The notes below the pieces were generated by a model. The model was given only the letters and a program-made list of their open reading frames with translations, was not told the DNA's origin and made no database searches. From Candidatus Colwellbacteria bacterium (lineage in GTDB: Bacteria > Patescibacteriota > Minisyncoccia > UBA6257 > Colwellbacteraceae), in assembly GCA_016176525.1 (NCBI GenBank), contig JACOWZ010000003.1, positions 603,925-644,793 of the forward strand: a DNA stretch of 40,869 nucleotides. Direction: 5' to 3'. The position numbers were made by a program, and so were the translations under genes. Of the stretch, positions 36,957 to 40,869 are shown piece after piece. The first letter of the stretch is position 1, and each line of letters starts with the position of its first letter.

Positions 36957-37071
36957 ATTTCTATTAATTTCTAAGTATTAATTTCTAATTTCTATTGAAG
37001 TTCTATTTACTTAAGTCTTAATTGATTAGATCTTGATTAGAAATTAAGACTTAGGGCTTATAATTTATAGC
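36957..37071. repeat. Degenerate heptamer arrays in inverted arrangement
   Basis: ATTTCTA-type units followed by TTAGAAA-type units. 12-bp inverted repeat at 37012-37023/37042-37053. Confidence 0.65.
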
Positions 37072-37073
37072 GA

Positions 37074-37367
37074 TTATTGACCGATAATCGCAAGTATATC
37101 ATCTTCGTCTCCGACCAAGTATTTTTTGCCGCTTACCTCTATTTCGTCCATTCCATATTTTTTAAAAAGCACTTCGTCCCCTACTTTAACAGACATCTGT
37201 ATTCTTTCACCCTTATCGCTAAACTTGCCGGGGCCTGCGGCTACAACTTTGCCGCGTATCGGCCGCTCTTTGTCTGCGGTGTCAGGAATTACAATTCCCG
37301 ACTTTGTTGTCTTCTCCTCCGGAGAGGGCTCAAGGAATATATGGTTTGATAAAGGTTTTAACTGCAT
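37074..37367 (-). CDS. groS: Co-chaperonin GroES
   Basis: LKPL, TKSGIVIPDTA, VKVGDEVLF and EDDILAII. Start at 37367. Confidence 0.97.
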   Translation of the reverse strand: MQLKPLSNHIFLEPSPEEKTTKSGIVIPDTADKERPIRGKVVAAGPGKFSDKGERIQMSVKVGDEVLFKKYGMDEIEVSGKKYLVGDEDDILAIIGQ

Positions 37368-37377
37368 TAGAATAAAA

Positions 37378-37410
37378 ATTATAAAAGGGGCTGACAAATT
37401 GTCAACCCCT
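37378..37410 (-). promoter_or_regulatory. groES promoter embedded in an inverted repeat or terminator
   Basis: AGGGG-TTGACA-atttgtcagccccttt-TATAAT (16-nt spacer). Confidence 0.65.
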
Positions 37411-37993
37411 AAGCGGCAGAGACCGTTATGCTTTTGTGCATAAAACGGGTATGGCCGTCGATGGACCAAATAGTTGCCACAACTTCGTACTCGCCCGCCT
37501 CGCAGTAAAAATGGGTGGTTGGGTTCTTGGTCCAATTCCCTTGGTTAGTGGGAACCTTAGGCCCATACCGCGGTTGCCCATTATTTATCTGATCCCTTAA
37601 GCATGGCTCATATTTGCCAGCATAAGAGAAGTAGGCAGTGCAGTTTCCGTCGTAGTAGCCGCAGTCTTCGCTACAATTCCCTTCCTCGTAGCAGACCTCC
37701 ATTGCGCGCTGGAACTCTTGGCGTATGCGCTCCTCATCACCGAATTGCCATCCCCAGTGAGAGAGCTCAAAGCCTTTATTCTCCGGATGGTCTTTCAGTT
37801 GTGCGGCAAAGCCCACCTTCTGGTAAACCGAAGAGTTGGCTGGCCTAGATATAAAGTCAACCAAGTCTCCTTCATGCACATAAGTGCTTGTTCCAGAAAA
37901 CGTGCCGGCGACACACCCGCTAAAGGCCACTGTGGAGACCAGAACGATGACTGCTGCCACGAAGCTTTGGTTTTGGTTTTTTTTGTTTTGCAA
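37409..37993 (-). CDS. Putative lipoprotein with a split PKD-like domain
   Basis: TTG start after SD AGAGGTGA, signal peptide with AFSG-C lipobox, WQFGD and H.Y..AGEYEV motifs. Confidence 0.7.
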   Translation of the reverse strand: MQNKKNQNQSFVAAVIVLVSTVAFSGCVAGTFSGTSTYVHEGDLVDFISRPANSSVYQKVGFAAQLKDHPENKGFELSHWGWQFGDEERIRQEFQRAMEVCYEEGNCSEDCGYYDGNCTAYFSYAGKYEPCLRDQINNGQPRYGPKVPTNQGNWTKNPTTHFYCEAGEYEVVATIWSIDGHTRFMHKSITVSAA

Positions 37994-38067
37994 CTAGTTC
38001 ACCTCTGTTTGGTAAGGAACGAGTCCTTATACTATTTAAAAAACTACCAATATTTATAAAAATTGTC

Positions 38068-38096
38068 AAAAAAAGACTCCGACAAGATGTCGGAGT
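38068..38096 (-). terminator. Intrinsic terminator whose T run leads into the next -35 box
   Basis: ACTCCGACA-tct-TGTCGGAGT-C-TTTTTTT-GACA. Confidence 0.75.
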
Positions 38097-38129
38097 AAAT
38101 GGGTAGAGATTGCGTGTGTTGGTTCTGTT

Positions 38130-38996
38130 TTAGGCAGTGCCGTCTTGCCAGAACGGGCTTTTGGCTACATCTGGGCAATCGTCGCGGCCATGACCGTAGT
38201 AGTCGTCGCGTCCGAAGTCCAGAACGATTGGATCCTCTGGATCTGGCAAGGGACCAGGCAATCGGTAATTGTACATTAGATCTTGTGGCGAGTCCGAAAC
38301 ATGGCTCTCTCCAGACTTATGCGGAGCGCAACTAGGCACTGCTCCAAGAGAGTGGAAAATCTCATGGAAGATTCCAGTTGTCCGCTCCTCACGGAAAGAT
38401 TCCAGTTGCGGGGCAAAGGGATCCCGAGGATCACCGCAGTTGTACAAATATACGATTGCCCACGAGACACTTTCACTAATCCCGCAGAACGGACCAGAGG
38501 CGCCATAATGCACAGCGTAAAGCTTGTTGGTAGTGTTGAAGCCAGCCAACCTAAGCTCCTCGTACATTAGACCTGGAGTTTTTTCGAGCTCGGCTTCTGT
38601 TCGCGAGAACCTGTAGAAGCTGACATCCAGCATACCATTCCATGTGTCCAGGCGCAGACGCCTGCCGTCGGTCTGGTTTTCTAACCAGCGCTCTCCGGAT
38701 TCCATAGAAACGGCAATTGCGCCAGATGTGTCGTAGCCTTTGTCCTCGCCGTCTGAGGGAAGCACATACACGGCGTGTATCTGCTTTTCCCCAAGCACAT
38801 CATCCGGCCTGTCCGCAACAGAACGCTCCTTTATGTACCTGTATGTATATACAGGCGCTTCGGGAGCGGGTTCTGGTCCTGGCTGCCACTGTTCTCTAGG
38901 CCAAATGTCTTCTGCAAACAGCGCCCCGCCGAGCGCCGTAATGCCCAACACATACACCGTAACTACGGCTCCTCCTACGGAAAACTTGTTTTGCAG
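38130..38996 (-). CDS. Secreted or membrane-anchored zincin-like metallopeptidase
   Basis: HEIFHSLG...H...DLM (Met-turn-like) and an N-terminal hydrophobic segment. Start uncertain: CTG at 38996 or GTG at 38957. Confidence 0.7.
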   Translation of the reverse strand: MQNKFSVGGAVVTVYVLGITALGGALFAEDIWPREQWQPGPEPAPEAPVYTYRYIKERSVADRPDDVLGEKQIHAVYVLPSDGEDKGYDTSGAIAVSMESGERWLENQTDGRRLRLDTWNGMLDVSFYRFSRTEAELEKTPGLMYEELRLAGFNTTNKLYAVHYGASGPFCGISESVSWAIVYLYNCGDPRDPFAPQLESFREERTTGIFHEIFHSLGAVPSCAPHKSGESHVSDSPQDLMYNYRLPGPLPDPEDPIVLDFGRDDYYGHGRDDCPDVAKSPFWQDGTA

Positions 38997-40148
38997 TTAT
39001 CTCACCTCTTTTGGTTTCTTAAGGAACTGGTCCTTATTCTTTTGAATTATACACCAAATTTAGAGATTTTGTCAAGTAATTTATGGCCGCCACTCTCCGG
39101 TAGAAGTGCCATCGCTTCCTATCCAATAAGCGCCACCATAGTTCTTATTAACAACTAAATTGTCGTTGTCCCACACCTTCCACCAGTGAAGCGCCCAATC
39201 TCCGGCTGAACTGTTGCCATATAAGGTTTTGTGTATCCTAAAATATCTTGCTTGCGGCGGTATATTTACACTGTAAGTATGTGTGTTGTTTCTCTCAAAA
39301 TCATTTGCATCAGAATCTAGAACCTGGCAATTATTGCCCTCTGTATACCCAACAGATGGATCGTTGTTATACCACTCAAAGCAAACTTGATTGTCTGTGC
39401 CAGCCCACGTAACATCTGCGGTGTGTATTTCAATTCTGTCCGTCCCAGAATTTTTTGTTACAACCGCAGAAGAAGCTTGCTCATTTAACGAACCTAAACT
39501 AGAGCTATTCCCCGAGTAAGTTAAATCCGTAATAAAATCACTTGTACTGCTGTCATAATATCCATGTTTAAAAAGAGTGGCAGAATATCCTGGTGCGAGC
39601 TTGAGCGAAGACGCTCTGTCGTTAAAAGAGCCTAGATTGTTAATATCTGTGTTAAACCCAACACAAGCACCTTGAAAATCTCTATCTTCGTAAAGAATAA
39701 GATTGCCTGTTGCAGAACATGCCGGCGGGTTATATTCGTCTGTGTCGGTTGCCGATGAACAGCCTGGATCATTTGGGTGATCTACAAGGCCATCGCCATC
39801 GTTGTCAGTGCCATCGTTGCAAGCTACCGGCGGAGTGTAATTAAACCTTACAGATGATGGTTGGTTATTCATAACAGAATCTAAATTGTGATTGCCTGCG
39901 CCAAATGTTTGTGATACTCCGGTATAATTTGTGTCTTTAAACAAAGTCATCGTGTTCCCGGACGCAACTGTTATTGAAGAGGCGGTGTCATTGCAAGTGT
40001 TAGATGGGCTACTATCCCAACCCGTACATTGGGAAAGTCTGGTAAAGTCAGGCTGGTCGCTTGTAAAGCATACCCATGCTCCACTTTGGTTTGCGTGCTG
40101 ATACATTCTGCCCTTCTCGGAGCCAGACCCGCCGATACACCCCGGGCC

Positions 40149-40286
40149 ACCATAGCCGCCTTGATAATAACCTTGGCCGTAGCCATAACCCCCCTGCGAA
40201 TAATAGTCTCCTTGCCCATAGTAATAACCTTGGCCGTAGTAGTAGCCTTGCCCATAGTAGTAACCTTGGCCGTAGTAATAACCTTC
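40149..40286 (-). repeat. 18-bp coding tandem repeat (GQGYYY units)
   Basis: EGYYYGQGYYYGQGYYYGQGYYYGQGDYYSQGGYGYGQGYYQGGYGG. Confidence 0.9.
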
Positions 40287-40343
40287 TGCGTACGGTACAA
40301 AGCAATCTGCAGTGCCGTTAGATAAACTAAACGAGCGCATTAT

Positions 40344-40442
40344 CTGGCCTGCCGGGCAAGAAATAGACGAGCTTGTTATGCAATTTGTATTGCTATTAAG
40401 GCAAAATCCACTGTCGGCTCTGATATTCCCGCCCACATGGAG
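40344..40442. repeat. 99-bp perfect direct repeat, copy 1
   Basis: Identical to 40771-40869. Encodes LHVGGNIRADSGFCLNSNTNCITSSSISCPAGQ. Confidence 0.95.
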
Positions 40443-40551
40443 TTTGGAGGGTTAAGCGGAGGGGTATGCCACTGGCCATCGTATGCAAAAAGAGGAGTAA
40501 TGCCAAATAGCGACACTACAACAAGCGCAAATCCAACTACTAATATACTTT

Positions 40552-40869
40552 TCATTTAATAAGAGCCTTCAATTCCCCTATCTCTTTCTGCTGTTCTCTT
40601 ATTATTTCGAGCAATTCTTGCTCTCTTGTAGAACTTGAATTGTTAGCAAATGCGTTTTTTATAAAACTAGGCAGCCAAAGTGTTGCGGTTTGGAAATTAG
40701 AGGAGTTAGGGCCAGAAGAAACCGATGAGCAAGTTCCTGTTCCATTAGCAAGGTTAAATCCGCGCAGAGCCTGGCCTGCCGGGCAAGAAATAGACGAGCT
40801 TGTTATGCAATTTGTATTGCTATTAAGGCAAAATCCACTGTCGGCTCTGATATTCCCGCCCACATGGAG
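40552..40869 (-). CDS. 3' end of a paralogous surface or fibre-like protein (5'-truncated by the window edge)
   Basis: Same LHVGGNIRAD module, then a C-terminal coiled coil IREQQKEIGELKALIK. Confidence 0.7.
   Translation of the reverse strand, partial: LHVGGNIRADSGFCLNSNTNCITSSSISCPAGQALRGFNLANGTGTCSSVSSGPNSSNFQTATLWLPSFIKNAFANNSSSTREQELLEIIREQQKEIGELKALIK
40771..40869. repeat. 99-bp perfect direct repeat, copy 2 (runs to the window end)
   Basis: Identical to 40344-40442. Confidence 0.95.

Larger units (their letters stand above)
39081..40555 (-). pseudogene. Modular secreted surface protein, frameshifted near 40440-40450 (signal peptide, YGQ repeats, beta/gamma-crystallin domains, Ca-binding motif, PLAT domain)
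   Basis: ATG at 40555 overlaps the upstream TGA and reads MKSILVVGFALVVVSLFGITPLFA-YDGQWHTPPLNPPNS, then stops at 40376. The 451-aa body (39081-40436) is in another frame, with an in-frame TAA just upstream. Confidence 0.65.

Noticed and set aside
40149-40286. CRISPR array
   Set aside because: These are 18-bp coding tandem repeats with synonymous variation and no spacers. No cas genes are present.
40344-40869. Diversity-generating retroelement TR/VR pair
   Set aside because: The copies are identical, with no adenine-specific mismatches, and no reverse transcriptase is in the window.

Overview
A 40.9-kb chromosomal fragment, probably from a Patescibacteria (CPR, Parcubacteria-like) bacterium. 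The lineage is inferred from the gene families and the trimmed housekeeping proteins. The backbone is housekeeping: a UvrD-helicase/RecB-type nuclease fusion, ychF, uvrB/A/C, def, mpg, serS, greA, the infA-rpmJ-rpsM-rpsK-rpsD-rpoA-rplQ-rplM-rpsI cluster, alaS, ogg, dnaG-rpoD, tRNA-Ser(GGA), lemA-htpX and groES-groEL. I found no integrase, transposase, reverse transcriptase or CRISPR array. The most striking structure is two distinct gene architectures. Many core genes look leaderless (TAnnnT box 6-7 nt before the ATG, no Shine-Dalgarno). About nine orphan genes instead sit as self-contained units with a near-consensus sigma70 promoter, usually a boxA-like leader motif, a Shine-Dalgarno (SD) site and usually a terminator. 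At two loci, neighbouring unrelated orphans share homologous flanking sequence. One shared flank duplicates the last codons of uvrC, which suggests a cassette-like way of acquiring genes. Other points of note: small in-frame DNA insertions in coding regions, a 110-bp inverted-repeat element, heptamer arrays, UvrA/UvrC/RpoA missing whole domains, an acyl-lipid desaturase, and a frameshifted modular surface-protein gene (YGQ repeats, beta/gamma-crystallin, PLAT) at the window end.
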